Positions 9,817-22,042 of a DNA stretch of 52,610 nucleotides are shown here, piece after piece. Position numbers and translations under genes: made by a program. Origin of the DNA: Candidatus Methylomirabilia bacterium (GTDB lineage Bacteria > Methylomirabilota > Methylomirabilia > Rokubacteriales > CSP1-6); the NCBI GenBank assembly GCA_041496385.1, contig JBGQEL010000023.1, positions 1 to 52,610 on the forward strand, given 5' to 3'. Numbering within the stretch: the stretch's first letter is position 1; every line of letters starts with the position of its first letter. The notes under the pieces were generated by a model. That model was not told where the DNA came from and made no database searches. It saw nothing but the letters and a program-made list of their open reading frames with translations.

Positions 9817-12800
9817 TGCAGCGGGCGCTCGGCTACGTCGTCGTCCTGATCACGCTCCTGGGGTGGGTCCCTGAGGCGTGGGCGCTGCCATCGCTTCCGA
9901 CGCCGCCGGCGACGTTCAACGCCACGATGCCCGACACCACGGGCTACAATGTCTACGGGCCGTTCGCCGCGTCGAGCCTGCAGACACACATCAACAACGT
10001 CGGGACCACGGCGGGCGGCCACGCGACGAGCGATCTGACGAACGGCGTCATCCTGAAGGTGACGGCGGGCACGAGCACCGGCACGCTCAGCCTGCCGAAC
10101 AAGGCCATGGCGGCGGGCAAGTGGATCCTCATCCGTCCGGATGACCTTGCGCTCGCCGCGCTGCCCACCTCCGGCACCCGCGTCGCGCCCGCGAACGCTT
10201 CGAGCATGTGGCAGATGGCGGTGCCCAACAACTCGGACGGGATCACGACCAGCAACAATGCGAACAGCTTCCGGATCATCGGCCTGGAGATCCACCCGGC
10301 GAACAGTGACCCGCTCAACTTCGTGAATACACTCATCAACATCGGTCAGGGCATCGCGACCGCGGGCCAGTCACCCCAGAACATCGTGATCGACCGGTGC
10401 TACATCCACGGCAACGCCGGCGCCCAGAACGTCCGGAACGGCGTCACGCTCTACGCCAAGTCGTCGGCGGTCGTGGACTCCTTCATCGACAACATCTGGC
10501 TCTCCGGGGCGGAGTCGCACATCATTTTCTTCAACGACACAATGGGGCCGATCCTCATCCAGAACAACCAGATCAGCAATTCGTCGATCGGCATCCTCGC
10601 CGGCGGCGTCAGCTCCACCTTCGACCAAGGGACGCCCTACGACGTAACGGTCCGGCGCAACTACTTCTTCAAGGACACGGCCTACCGGAACTCGAGCTAC
10701 TTCGTGAAGAACCACCTGGAGTACAAGCGCGGCACGCGCCTGCGCGTCGAACAGAACTTCATGTTCCAGCTCTGGTCGGAGTTCGGCGACCAGAACGGCT
10801 CGGCGATGCAGCTGACCGTCCGCGTCGAGGGCTCGGACCTGAACGCCCGCATCAACGACGTGGAGGTCGGCTGGAACCTGATCCGCGGCGCGGACAGCGG
10901 TATCAACGCCGTGGGCGTCGACAACTCGAACCATCAGAGCGAGACCGCCGCCCGGCTCTACGTCCACGACAACCTCCTGGACGATATCAACCGTTCGTCG
11001 TGGTTCGGCTCGGCCGGTGGGCGCGGCTTCATCGCCGCATTCAGCGGCTATAACGACCTCACGATCGACCACAACACCGTGATCCACGCGGGCGCGGACA
11101 ACAGCATGGGGTATCTCGCGGTCGGCCTTTCGGATCAGATGCCCCAGTTCACGATGAGTGGCTTCACCTTCACGAACAACGTCTCCCAGGAGCGTGACGA
11201 GGCGTTCTGGTCCGACGGCGAGGGGACCGGCAACGTCACGACTCTGCTGAACAAGTACTTTGCCGGCGGGAACCGATTCACGAACAACGTGCTCGCGCCT
11301 GGGACCCAGGCCGGCTTCCCTGCGGGACAGCGGACTATCAGTACGTCCACGTTCACCGGGGTCTCGTACTTCACGAGCTTTGCCGGCCGAAACTACAAGC
11401 TGCTGCCGGGCGTCACGGGGCAGGGGCAAGGCGTCAACTTCAGCAATGCGTCCGATGGCACCGACATCGGCATCAGCAACTACGACACCTTCATCGCGAA
11501 GACGAGCGGCGTCCAGGCGGGCCTCCCGGAAGGGCCGTCCGTCTCCGTCGCCCTCGCGGGGATCGGCAGTGGCACCATCACGAGCAGCGTCGGCGGCATC
11601 AACTGTCCGGGCACCTGCTCGGCGACGTACGCCAGCGGTACACCGGTGACGCTCACGGCAACGGCAACACCGCCTTCCACGTTTACCGGCTGGAGCGGCG
11701 GCGGCTGCGCCGGCACGGGCACGTGTCTCGTGACCGTCACCTCACCCACGTCCGTTACCGCGACGTTCACCGCGCCCTCGTTCACGCTGTCGGTCGTGAA
11801 GGCCGGCTCGGGCGCGAGCGTCGGCAGCGTCTCGAGCGGCCCCGCTGGCATCAGCTGCGGCGCCGACTGCTCGGAGCCCTACGCGACCGGTACCATGGTG
11901 ACGCTGAGCGAGACCCCGGGATCGGGCAACACCTTCACCGGCTGGAGTGGAGGTGGCTGCTCGGGTACCGGAACGACGTGTGTCGTGACCGTGACCTCGG
12001 CCACCGCGGTCACGGCCTCGTTCCAGGGCCCGCTCCTCACGGTCACGACCGCGGGCACCGGGAGCGGCACCGTCACGACCAGCCCGGCAGGGGTCAGTTG
12101 TCCGGGGGATTGCACCGAAAACTTCGCCCCCAGCCAGTCGGTCACGCTGACCGCCACACCCGCCGGCGGCTCGACCTTCGCCGGCTGGAGCGGCAGCGGC
12201 GGCAGCGGCTGCCTCAGCGGCACCACCAACCCTTGCACGTTCAGCATGGGCACGGCGGCGAAGACCCGGACCGCGACCTTCAACACCTCGACGGTTACGC
12301 TCACGGTCAACAAGGCGGGCACGGGAAGCGGCACCGTCACGAGCAGTCCCGCAGGAATCAATTGCGGAGCCACCTGCGGCCCGGTGTCGTTTGCCCTCAA
12401 CACCGTGGTCACACTCACGGCGGCGCCGGCGGGCGGATCCGCCTTCACAGGCTGGAGCGGCGGCGGCTGTTCGGGGACCGGCACGTGCGTCGTCACCCTG
12501 TCGGTCGCCACGACGGTCACCGCCACGTTCGCCCCAACGTTCACGCTGACCGTCAGTATCACGGGGCCGGGCTCCAGCTCCGGGACGGTCACCAGCAGCC
12601 CCGCGGGTATCTCGTGTCCAGGCACCTGCGCTTTTAGCTTCGGCAGCGGCACGCTGGTGACGCTCACCGCCACCCCCGGCTCGAACGGAACGTTCACCGG
12701 CTGGAGCGGGAGCGGCTGCGCCGGGACCGGCACCTGCCAGGTCACGATGAGCGCCGCGAGAAGCGTGACCGCGAGCTTCGATTTCTTGTTCACAGATGCC

Positions 12801-13088
12801 TCGCTGGCGGGCACAACGATCAAGGCGGTCCACATCAGCGAGCTGCGGACGGCGGTCGACAACCTTCGGGCGCAGCAAGGTCTCGGCGTGTTTTCGTATG
12901 TCGACCCGGTCCTGACCTCGGTGACGCCCAAGGCCGTTCACATCACCCAGCTGCGGGCCGCACTGGACGCGGTCTACACCGCCCGTAGCCTCGGCTTGCC
13001 GGTCTACACGGATCCCGTACTCGCGGCCGGCGCGACGATCCAGGCCGTCCACATCACCCAGTTGCGGGCGGCGGTCAACGCGCTCTAG
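9813..13088 (+). CDS. Large secreted/surface protein: beta-helix domain (paralog of the upstream gene) + 5 Cys-rich InlB-B-like repeats + triple-repeat C-terminal module
   Basis: Start MMQRAL overlaps the upstream TGA. Signal peptide ending ...PEAWA. Shares MPDTTGYNxYGP, QNxRNG, VKNHxExKR and GDQNGSAMQ with paralog 1. Five ...C..C...VTL...FxGWSG..C...C repeats follow. Confidence 0.8.
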   Translation: MMQRALGYVVVLITLLGWVPEAWALPSLPTPPATFNATMPDTTGYNVYGPFAASSLQTHINNVGTTAGGHATSDLTNGVILKVTAGTSTGTLSLPNKAMAAGKWILIRPDDLALAALPTSGTRVAPANASSMWQMAVPNNSDGITTSNNANSFRIIGLEIHPANSDPLNFVNTLINIGQGIATAGQSPQNIVIDRCYIHGNAGAQNVRNGVTLYAKSSAVVDSFIDNIWLSGAESHIIFFNDTMGPILIQNNQISNSSIGILAGGVSSTFDQGTPYDVTVRRNYFFKDTAYRNSSYFVKNHLEYKRGTRLRVEQNFMFQLWSEFGDQNGSAMQLTVRVEGSDLNARINDVEVGWNLIRGADSGINAVGVDNSNHQSETAARLYVHDNLLDDINRSSWFGSAGGRGFIAAFSGYNDLTIDHNTVIHAGADNSMGYLAVGLSDQMPQFTMSGFTFTNNVSQERDEAFWSDGEGTGNVTTLLNKYFAGGNRFTNNVLAPGTQAGFPAGQRTISTSTFTGVSYFTSFAGRNYKLLPGVTGQGQGVNFSNASDGTDIGISNYDTFIAKTSGVQAGLPEGPSVSVALAGIGSGTITSSVGGINCPGTCSATYASGTPVTLTATATPPSTFTGWSGGGCAGTGTCLVTVTSPTSVTATFTAPSFTLSVVKAGSGASVGSVSSGPAGISCGADCSEPYATGTMVTLSETPGSGNTFTGWSGGGCSGTGTTCVVTVTSATAVTASFQGPLLTVTTAGTGSGTVTTSPAGVSCPGDCTENFAPSQSVTLTATPAGGSTFAGWSGSGGSGCLSGTTNPCTFSMGTAAKTRTATFNTSTVTLTVNKAGTGSGTVTSSPAGINCGATCGPVSFALNTVVTLTAAPAGGSAFTGWSGGGCSGTGTCVVTLSVATTVTATFAPTFTLTVSITGPGSSSGTVTSSPAGISCPGTCAFSFGSGTLVTLTATPGSNGTFTGWSGSGCAGTGTCQVTMSAARSVTASFDFLFTDASLAGTTIKAVHISELRTAVDNLRAQQGLGVFSYVDPVLTSVTPKAVHITQLRAALDAVYTARSLGLPVYTDPVLAAGATIQAVHITQLRAAVNAL
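11541..12779 (+). repeat. Five tandem ~80-aa Cys-containing beta-sandwich repeats (divergent InlB B-repeat type)
   Basis: Unit consensus LTVxxAGxGSGTVTSSPAGIxCxxxCxxxFxxGTxVTLTATPxxGSTFTGWSGGGCxGTGTCxVTxxxxxxVTAxF, seen 5 times. Confidence 0.85.
12789..13085 (+). repeat. Three ~35-aa C-terminal repeats (F/Y)xDxxL...(K/Q)AVHIxxLRxA
   Basis: FTDASLAGTTIKAVHISELRTAVDNL / YVDPVLTSVTPKAVHITQLRAALDAV / YTDPVLAAGATIQAVHITQLRAAVNAL-stop. Confidence 0.85.
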
Positions 13089-13100
13089 CCGATCGCCTCG

Positions 13101-14456
13101 TTACTCGTACGTGGCGGTGAGGCCGAGGGTGATGACGTTCTGTCGATAGCCGAGGCCGCGGACGTTTGAATCGACGTCCGTGTGGGCGTAACGCAGGCCG
13201 AGGGTGAGACGACGGGTGAGCTTGTACGAGGCCTCGAAGTTGGCCTCCAGCGTTTGATCCTGCCGCGTCTGGCCGTTGCCGGCCACTGTCGTGATTCCCG
13301 ACGTGTTCGAGGACTGGAGAAACTCGCTCTGAGCCAGGCGCCCGCCCACCGTGATCGTCGTGCGGTCACTCACCGTGAAGCGGGCTGAGGCCGAGCTGCT
13401 CTTGGTGCGCGTGAGCCCGACGTTGTTCACCTCCTGGAAGGTCTCCTGCAGTGACTCGCCTGAGTCGAGAAAAAGCGTGACCCAGTTTCCGGTGTACGTC
13501 CCTCGGAGCGTGTACTCGAGCCCATGGGAATTGCTCCCACTGATCGCGTCGGTGGCGAACGCGCCCACCCGCACCTCAGTCGTGTAGCGAGGGCTTACGT
13601 CTCGCCGAAAGCCGATGTCGCCCCGATAGATATTGAATGGATCGCCCGTCTCCGGGTCGCGGTGGGCCAGAGTGCCGGTGATACTCGCCGTCATGAGCGG
13701 GCTGAGCTCGCGCGCGAAGGAGGCCCGGCCGGTGTGACCGACGAAGTCATTGCCCGTATTGACCTCGTATCTCGCGATCGTGAGCTCGTAGCCGAGCCCC
13801 AGCTTGTTGCGATCCCTGACGTTCACGCTGCCATCGAGCCCGAGCGAATGGATGAGGCTTCGCTCCTGGCTGGTCGTCGCGACCGCTCCGGCGGTCTGGG
13901 TGGTCGTGGTGGTAGCCTGTGTGTCGCTCTGCGTGTCGTTGAACGTGAGCCCGTAGCGGGGCGTGAGCGACCAGGTCTGCTGGCGGTAGGGCAACGCGAG
14001 ACCGAGCAGGTTGACCAGCGACGTCCGGCGGTCTCGACGGGCTCCGTTCGGATCGGTCACGGCCGGCTCGTCGGTGCGGCTCAGGTTGTCGAACGCCTCG
14101 AGGCTCAGGTGCTCGGTCAGGCTCAGACTCCCGCGCGCGTCGAGGAGGTGAAAAATCTGGAGCTCGTTCTGGTTGATGGACGAATGGACCAGACTCGGAG
14201 AGTACGCAATGCTTCCGGTGCTCTTGCCTGTGCCGGCCCGGACCAGCAGTCCGGGCGTCAGGATCTCCCGGTATTCCGACTGCCGGCTCGCGTCAGTGCG
14301 AAAGAAGTTGTCGTCGTACCGGCCCTCCACCCGTCCAAAGCCCGTGATGGAAAAGCCCTGGATCGGTGCCTGTGCCGGAGGCGTCTGGGCTGCCGCCGCG
14401 CCCGCCGCCAGTACCACCAATACGACGGCCGAAACCAGCGTGGACCGGGATCTCAT
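13101..14456 (-). CDS. Outer-membrane beta-barrel protein of the EPS-associated type (BBP2/EpsX/VpsM-like)
   Basis: Signal peptide, an N-terminal RYDDNFF motif, alternating aromatic/polar beta-strands throughout, and C-terminal strand YRQNVITLGLTATYE. Confidence 0.75.
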   Translation of the reverse strand: MRSRSTLVSAVVLVVLAAGAAAAQTPPAQAPIQGFSITGFGRVEGRYDDNFFRTDASRQSEYREILTPGLLVRAGTGKSTGSIAYSPSLVHSSINQNELQIFHLLDARGSLSLTEHLSLEAFDNLSRTDEPAVTDPNGARRDRRTSLVNLLGLALPYRQQTWSLTPRYGLTFNDTQSDTQATTTTTQTAGAVATTSQERSLIHSLGLDGSVNVRDRNKLGLGYELTIARYEVNTGNDFVGHTGRASFARELSPLMTASITGTLAHRDPETGDPFNIYRGDIGFRRDVSPRYTTEVRVGAFATDAISGSNSHGLEYTLRGTYTGNWVTLFLDSGESLQETFQEVNNVGLTRTKSSSASARFTVSDRTTITVGGRLAQSEFLQSSNTSGITTVAGNGQTRQDQTLEANFEASYKLTRRLTLGLRYAHTDVDSNVRGLGYRQNVITLGLTATYE

Positions 14457-14543
14457 ATCGACGCGGATAGCCCCTTGTCTCCACGTCCAAGCATATAAGA
14501 CAGCGGGGCCCGGAGGTGACAGGAATCCGTGGCTCGGCAGTCG

Positions 14544-15659
14544 TCAGTGCGCGGCCTCGGCTCCCCCTTGCCGGTACGTCTCGGCCTCTTCCTGCGGGCC
14601 GGCCGACTCGACGTCCCCAACGGCCTTGAGATGGTCCTTCAGTTGTTCGTCCAGCGCGGCATAGCGTCGAAGCTTGTACTGCAGGCCTCGCAGGCTGATG
14701 CCCAGCACCTTCGCGGCCTTCGTTCGGTTGTCGCCGACACGCTTCAAGGTGGCGAGGATGTACCGACGCTCGAGCTCATGCAGCTTCAGACCGAGGGGCA
14801 GGGCCCCGCGCCACTCGCCCGACGAGTCGAGCTGGAGAGACGGAAAGTGCTTCAAATCGATCAGCCCGCCGTCGAGGTTCTCGTCGAGAAGCACCAGAGC
14901 CTGCTCGAGCCAGTTCTCCAGCTGGCGGACGTTGCCCGGCCACGGATACGCCATGAGCGCTTCCATCGCGCGGGACGTGAGACCGCGGATCTGTTTCCCA
15001 TAGCCCTTCGCGATGAAGCGCCGGAGAAAGTGCGCCACGAGGAGCGGAATATCTTCGCTCCGCTCGCGCATGGGCGGCAGCTCGATGAGCACCACCGCGA
15101 TCCGGTGGTAGAGGTCCTCGCGGAAGATGCCCTTCGAGATCGCCTCGTGCAGGTTCTTGTTGGAGGCGGTGATGATGCGCACGTCCGCCCGCTGGGGCTG
15201 CGAGCCGCCGACCATCGTGAACTCGCCGGTCTGGATCACGCGGAGGAGCTTTGCCTGCAGGTGCGGCGCGAGCTCGGTGATCTCGTCGATAAACAACGTA
15301 CCCGTGTGCGCCTGGGCGAACACGCCTGGCCGGGTCGCCACGGCGCCCGTGAAGGCCCCGCGGACGTGCCCGAAGAGGTGGCTCTCGATCAACCCCTCGG
15401 CGATCGTTGAGCAGTCGAGCGTGACGTACGGCCGCTCTCGACGGGGACCGGAGAAGTGCAAGGCGCGGGCGATAAGCTCCTTGCCCGTTCCATTCTCACC
15501 CTGGATACACACGTTCGCGTCGGTCGGCGCGACCTTCTGCATCAGGGCATAGACTTTGCGCATTCGCGCCGACTCGCCCACGATCAGGGGCAAGCCACTC
15601 TGTTCGATCAGCATGGGATTCAGTGTCTTCGGCCTCCCCTTCCGCCGAGGAATCTGCAT
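14544..15659 (-). CDS. sigma54-dependent enhancer-binding protein with no N-terminal regulatory domain
   Basis: The AAA+ domain starts ~25 aa in (IVGESARM). Walker A GENGTGKE, ESHLFGHVRGAFTGA, Walker B LFIDEI, FREDLYHRI, WPGNVRQL, Fis HTH NRTKAAKVLGISLRGLQYKL. Alternative start MLIEQ at 15614. Confidence 0.9.
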   Translation of the reverse strand: MQIPRRKGRPKTLNPMLIEQSGLPLIVGESARMRKVYALMQKVAPTDANVCIQGENGTGKELIARALHFSGPRRERPYVTLDCSTIAEGLIESHLFGHVRGAFTGAVATRPGVFAQAHTGTLFIDEITELAPHLQAKLLRVIQTGEFTMVGGSQPQRADVRIITASNKNLHEAISKGIFREDLYHRIAVVLIELPPMRERSEDIPLLVAHFLRRFIAKGYGKQIRGLTSRAMEALMAYPWPGNVRQLENWLEQALVLLDENLDGGLIDLKHFPSLQLDSSGEWRGALPLGLKLHELERRYILATLKRVGDNRTKAAKVLGISLRGLQYKLRRYAALDEQLKDHLKAVGDVESAGPQEEAETYRQGGAEAAH

Positions 15660-15723
15660 GGTAGCCTACTCGCTCTCCGTTTTCCAAATCCGTGACGTTC
15701 TTGCGTCCATGCTGCAATGTCTT

Positions 15724-15740
15724 CGCAAGGGCTGTACCAA
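15724..15740 (-). promoter_or_regulatory. sigma54 promoter upstream of the activator gene
   Basis: Minus strand reads TTGGTACAGCCCTTGCG, an exact GG-N10-GC with TTGC at -12. Confidence 0.65.
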
Positions 15741-15777
15741 ACCACGCAGGATGAGGAGCACGATCGATTCGGTTGCA

Positions 15778-15790
15778 AATCAACATCTTG
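15778..15790 (+). promoter_or_regulatory. IHF binding site
   Basis: AATCAA-CATC-TTG is an exact match to WATCAA-N4-TTR, ~40 bp upstream of the -24 box. Confidence 0.55.
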
Positions 15791-15964
15791 TGGACCACAG
15801 CGAGGACAGAGGGCGCGTGTAGATCGGTCCACATGATCATTTCCTTACCGGGTGCCGGGTCGGGATGGTGCAAAATCTTCCAGGAGCATGCATCGCTTCC
15901 CGGTCGTGGGATGGTCGGGCAGAGGTTTCTCGCGCGCGGTACAATCACCGACGACGACCGTTAG

Positions 15965-17770
<1,806 letters not shown>

Positions 17771-17787
17771 GGCGCCGGGGCGCGGTT

Positions 17788-19521
17788 CTATCTGACGGAC
17801 GCGGGGCGCACCGATCGGCAGCCGTCGACGACCTCGACGGCGTCGCACCGGTTGTACGTGTGGGTCCCGATCAGACCCTTCGACCACGACGGCTCGATCG
17901 TGAGCCTCGGGCGCTCCCGGTACTCGGCCGGCGTGAGCGTCTCGATCTCGTTCAGCGCGAAACTGTACCCGTAGCTCCGCGTGCAGTCCTGGCTCGGGCG
18001 AAGCAGGCGTCCTTGGGCACGGAGGATGGCGCCGGCGCCCCGGGCGGTCCGCACATCGGTCGAAATCGGATTGGCGGGATGATAGATCCACTCACCGGTG
18101 AGCGAGGCCGCCGAGAACAGCAACAGCACGGCGCCGTGCCCGCGCGGCTCGGACACGGTCACGAAGAACCACCAGCGTCCGTCCTCGTGCAGGGCCGTCG
18201 TGTCGACCGCCGCCATGTGATGCAGGACCTTCTCGAGCTTCCACTCGTTCGGGAAGCTCGTGGCGCGGTAGAGCTCGACGGTCCCGTTCGCGACCGATTC
18301 GGGGATCATGAAGATCTCGCGCTCATGCTCGAAGATCATGGGATACGACAGATGGTAGTCCCGCTGGACGCAGCGCTGCGGAGGCCCCAGCCGTCCGCTC
18401 GTCGTTACCTCGGCGCACGAGATCACGCCGCGGCCCTCCTGGTACAGGAAGTCCTCGAAGAACGCCCACGTCGTGCCGCCCCCCGAGATGAGAAAGGGGT
18501 CCGCATAGTAGTGCCCGCGCGGCGCCTCGACGAAGCGAAATCCACGCATGTCGGCCGGACCCGTCTGGCCATCCAGCGGCGTCGCCCCGACACGGAAGGC
18601 GATTTGCCAGTGGGGCAGACGCTCGACACGAAACGGCCGCCCCGCGATCCGCTTCACGAGCTCGGGCGCCAACCAGCGGGCCATGTCGACGTTGGTCGGG
18701 CGTCGATAGATGCGACGCCGGCCCTGGTACGGCGCCGGCGCGACGGCCCGTGACCTGACGTGCTCCCAGCCGTGCTGGTGAAGCTCGTTGAGCTTGCGGA
18801 TCACGAAGTGCGTCGAGCCCCAGTACGGACCGTAGCGGTTGAGCGCCACCGAGAGCCCGGGCCGGGTGGCGAAGAGTGACTTGCAGAGCACGAAACCCGC
18901 GTCGAGCTCCTCGGACAGTACCTGGAGAATGACGCCCGAGAGCGGATTGCCCTCGTAGAGCTCCCAGAAGTACGGGGCCGCGCCCCGGTAGAAGTCGTTG
19001 TCGCCGTGGTGGAAAGACCAGACGCCGTATCGTGCCGCCTGGAGAATATCGCCACGAAGGATGTTGAAGCCAAAGCGCACAAGGACGTCGAGCTGCTTCG
19101 CCCGGATTCTCTCGACGCTGTCCGTCGGAAACCGATGCGTGAAACCCTTCACGACGGGCGTCACGTGGACCGACTCCACCCCATCCAGAAGTGGACCGCA
19201 GTCGACCGGCGCCAGTGGGTCGCCGGTCACGGGATGTCGCTTGGCGTCGAAGCGAGAATACAGGCCGTAGAGCAGCAGGCTCCGGGCGCTCGAGTTCCCG
19301 AGCAACCGGATGAGACGGGTTGAAAGACTCGCGGGCACCACAGGACGCGGCGTGGCCCCCGCGTTGTACGCGACGAGTTCGAGCCTCGCGAAGTTGCTCT
19401 TGACGATGTCGTCGATCACGCGGGCCGACGACGCACCGCAGGTCGTGCCGTCGAGCAGGAGGCCGATCCGGAGCGGCGGCCGGCGGGACGCGGACGTCCG
19501 ATAGAGCGCACCGAGCGTCAT
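17788..19521 (-). CDS. EPS-cluster protein: formyltransferase-like N-domain + beta-propeller (GINT1-N/GH43-like) C-domain
   Basis: LDVLVRFGFNILRGDILQAARYGVWSFHHGDNDFYRG...ELDAG in the N-domain; YADPFL, FFED, HLSYPMIF, MIPES and ARGAG..RPSQDC..YG in the C-domain. Start MTLGAL at 19521. Confidence 0.65.
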   Translation of the reverse strand: MTLGALYRTSASRRPPLRIGLLLDGTTCGASSARVIDDIVKSNFARLELVAYNAGATPRPVVPASLSTRLIRLLGNSSARSLLLYGLYSRFDAKRHPVTGDPLAPVDCGPLLDGVESVHVTPVVKGFTHRFPTDSVERIRAKQLDVLVRFGFNILRGDILQAARYGVWSFHHGDNDFYRGAAPYFWELYEGNPLSGVILQVLSEELDAGFVLCKSLFATRPGLSVALNRYGPYWGSTHFVIRKLNELHQHGWEHVRSRAVAPAPYQGRRRIYRRPTNVDMARWLAPELVKRIAGRPFRVERLPHWQIAFRVGATPLDGQTGPADMRGFRFVEAPRGHYYADPFLISGGGTTWAFFEDFLYQEGRGVISCAEVTTSGRLGPPQRCVQRDYHLSYPMIFEHEREIFMIPESVANGTVELYRATSFPNEWKLEKVLHHMAAVDTTALHEDGRWWFFVTVSEPRGHGAVLLLFSAASLTGEWIYHPANPISTDVRTARGAGAILRAQGRLLRPSQDCTRSYGYSFALNEIETLTPAEYRERPRLTIEPSWSKGLIGTHTYNRCDAVEVVDGCRSVRPASVR

Positions 19522-19532
19522 GACGTCGAGCC

Positions 19533-20968
<1,436 letters not shown>

Positions 20969-20972
<4 letters not shown>

Positions 20973-22042
20973 TTAGCGATGGGGAGGAAGCTGGTGACGG
21001 TGGTACCCCGGCCCTCGATGGACTCGACCTGGATCGCGCCCCGGTGTTCCTCGAGGATGCGATGGCAGATCGCGAGGCCGAGGCCGAGGCCCTTGTCCTT
21101 GGTCGTGAAGAACGGGTCGAAAATCTGCCCCCGCGCGGAGACGGGGATGCCGGCGCCCTCGTCGGCGACAATGGCCTCGACCATATTGCGCTGGCCGACG
21201 CCGAGATCCATCTTGCCGAACAGCGGATTCAGGCTGACCCGCGTCGTGAGCGTGAGTCGGCCGCCTTCCTTCATGGCGTCCATCGCGTTGCGCACGACGT
21301 TGTGGAAGACCTGGAGCAGCCGGTCCTCGTCACCGAGGATCGGCGGCAGGCTCGGGTCGTATCGGCGGACGATCGAGACGCTCCGCTCGCGCGCCCCCTC
21401 CTCGGCGAGCAGCGCGACGCGCTCGAGAAGCTGGTGGAGATTGAGCGGGACCAGACGGAGCTGAACGGGGCGCGCCAGGTCGAGGAGCAGTTCGATGATC
21501 CGGTTCACCCGGTCCACCTCGACGAGGAGCACGTCCGTATACTCCTTGAGCCGCGATTCCGGGCCGAGCTCGCGGGCGAGAAGCTGGACCGCGCCGCGGA
21601 TCGCGCCGAGCGGGTTCCGGATCTCGTGGGCCAGCCCGACGGCCATCCGGCCGGCGGCGGCGAGCGTCTCACCGCGTCGCACCTCGGCCTCGAGCTGGCG
21701 GATCCGGGAGAGGTCGCGCAGCACCGCCACGGCGGCCTCGACGGTACCGTCACGGCCGAAGAGGGGCGCGGTCACGATGGAGACCGGCACAGGCCTGCCA
21801 TCCGGGCGCTCCACCAAGGCCTCCGGCTCCGAGCGACTCTCGCCGGTCGCGAGTGTCTCGCCGAGACGGCGCACGACCGAGGCCTCGGGGGGGAACACTT
21901 CCTTGACGAGGCGTCCCTCGGTGCGCCGGGCCGAGCGCTCGGTGAGCACCTCGGCGGCGGAGTTCCAGAAGACGATGCGGAGGCTGATGTCCACCGCGAT
22001 GACCGCGTCCGGGAGCCCGGCGAGGACCGCCTCGTAGTTCAC
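20969..22042 (-). CDS. ntrB: NtrB-like cytoplasmic PAS histidine kinase
   Basis: PAS domain, H-box LAHEIRNPLGAIRGAVQLL, QVFHNVVRNA, DEGAGI, FDPFFTTK, GLGLGL; no TM segment. Confidence 0.78.

Noticed and set aside
12789..13088. PEP-CTERM or other known sortase signal on the surface protein
   Set aside because: No PEP motif, TM helix or basic tail, and no exosortase in the window.
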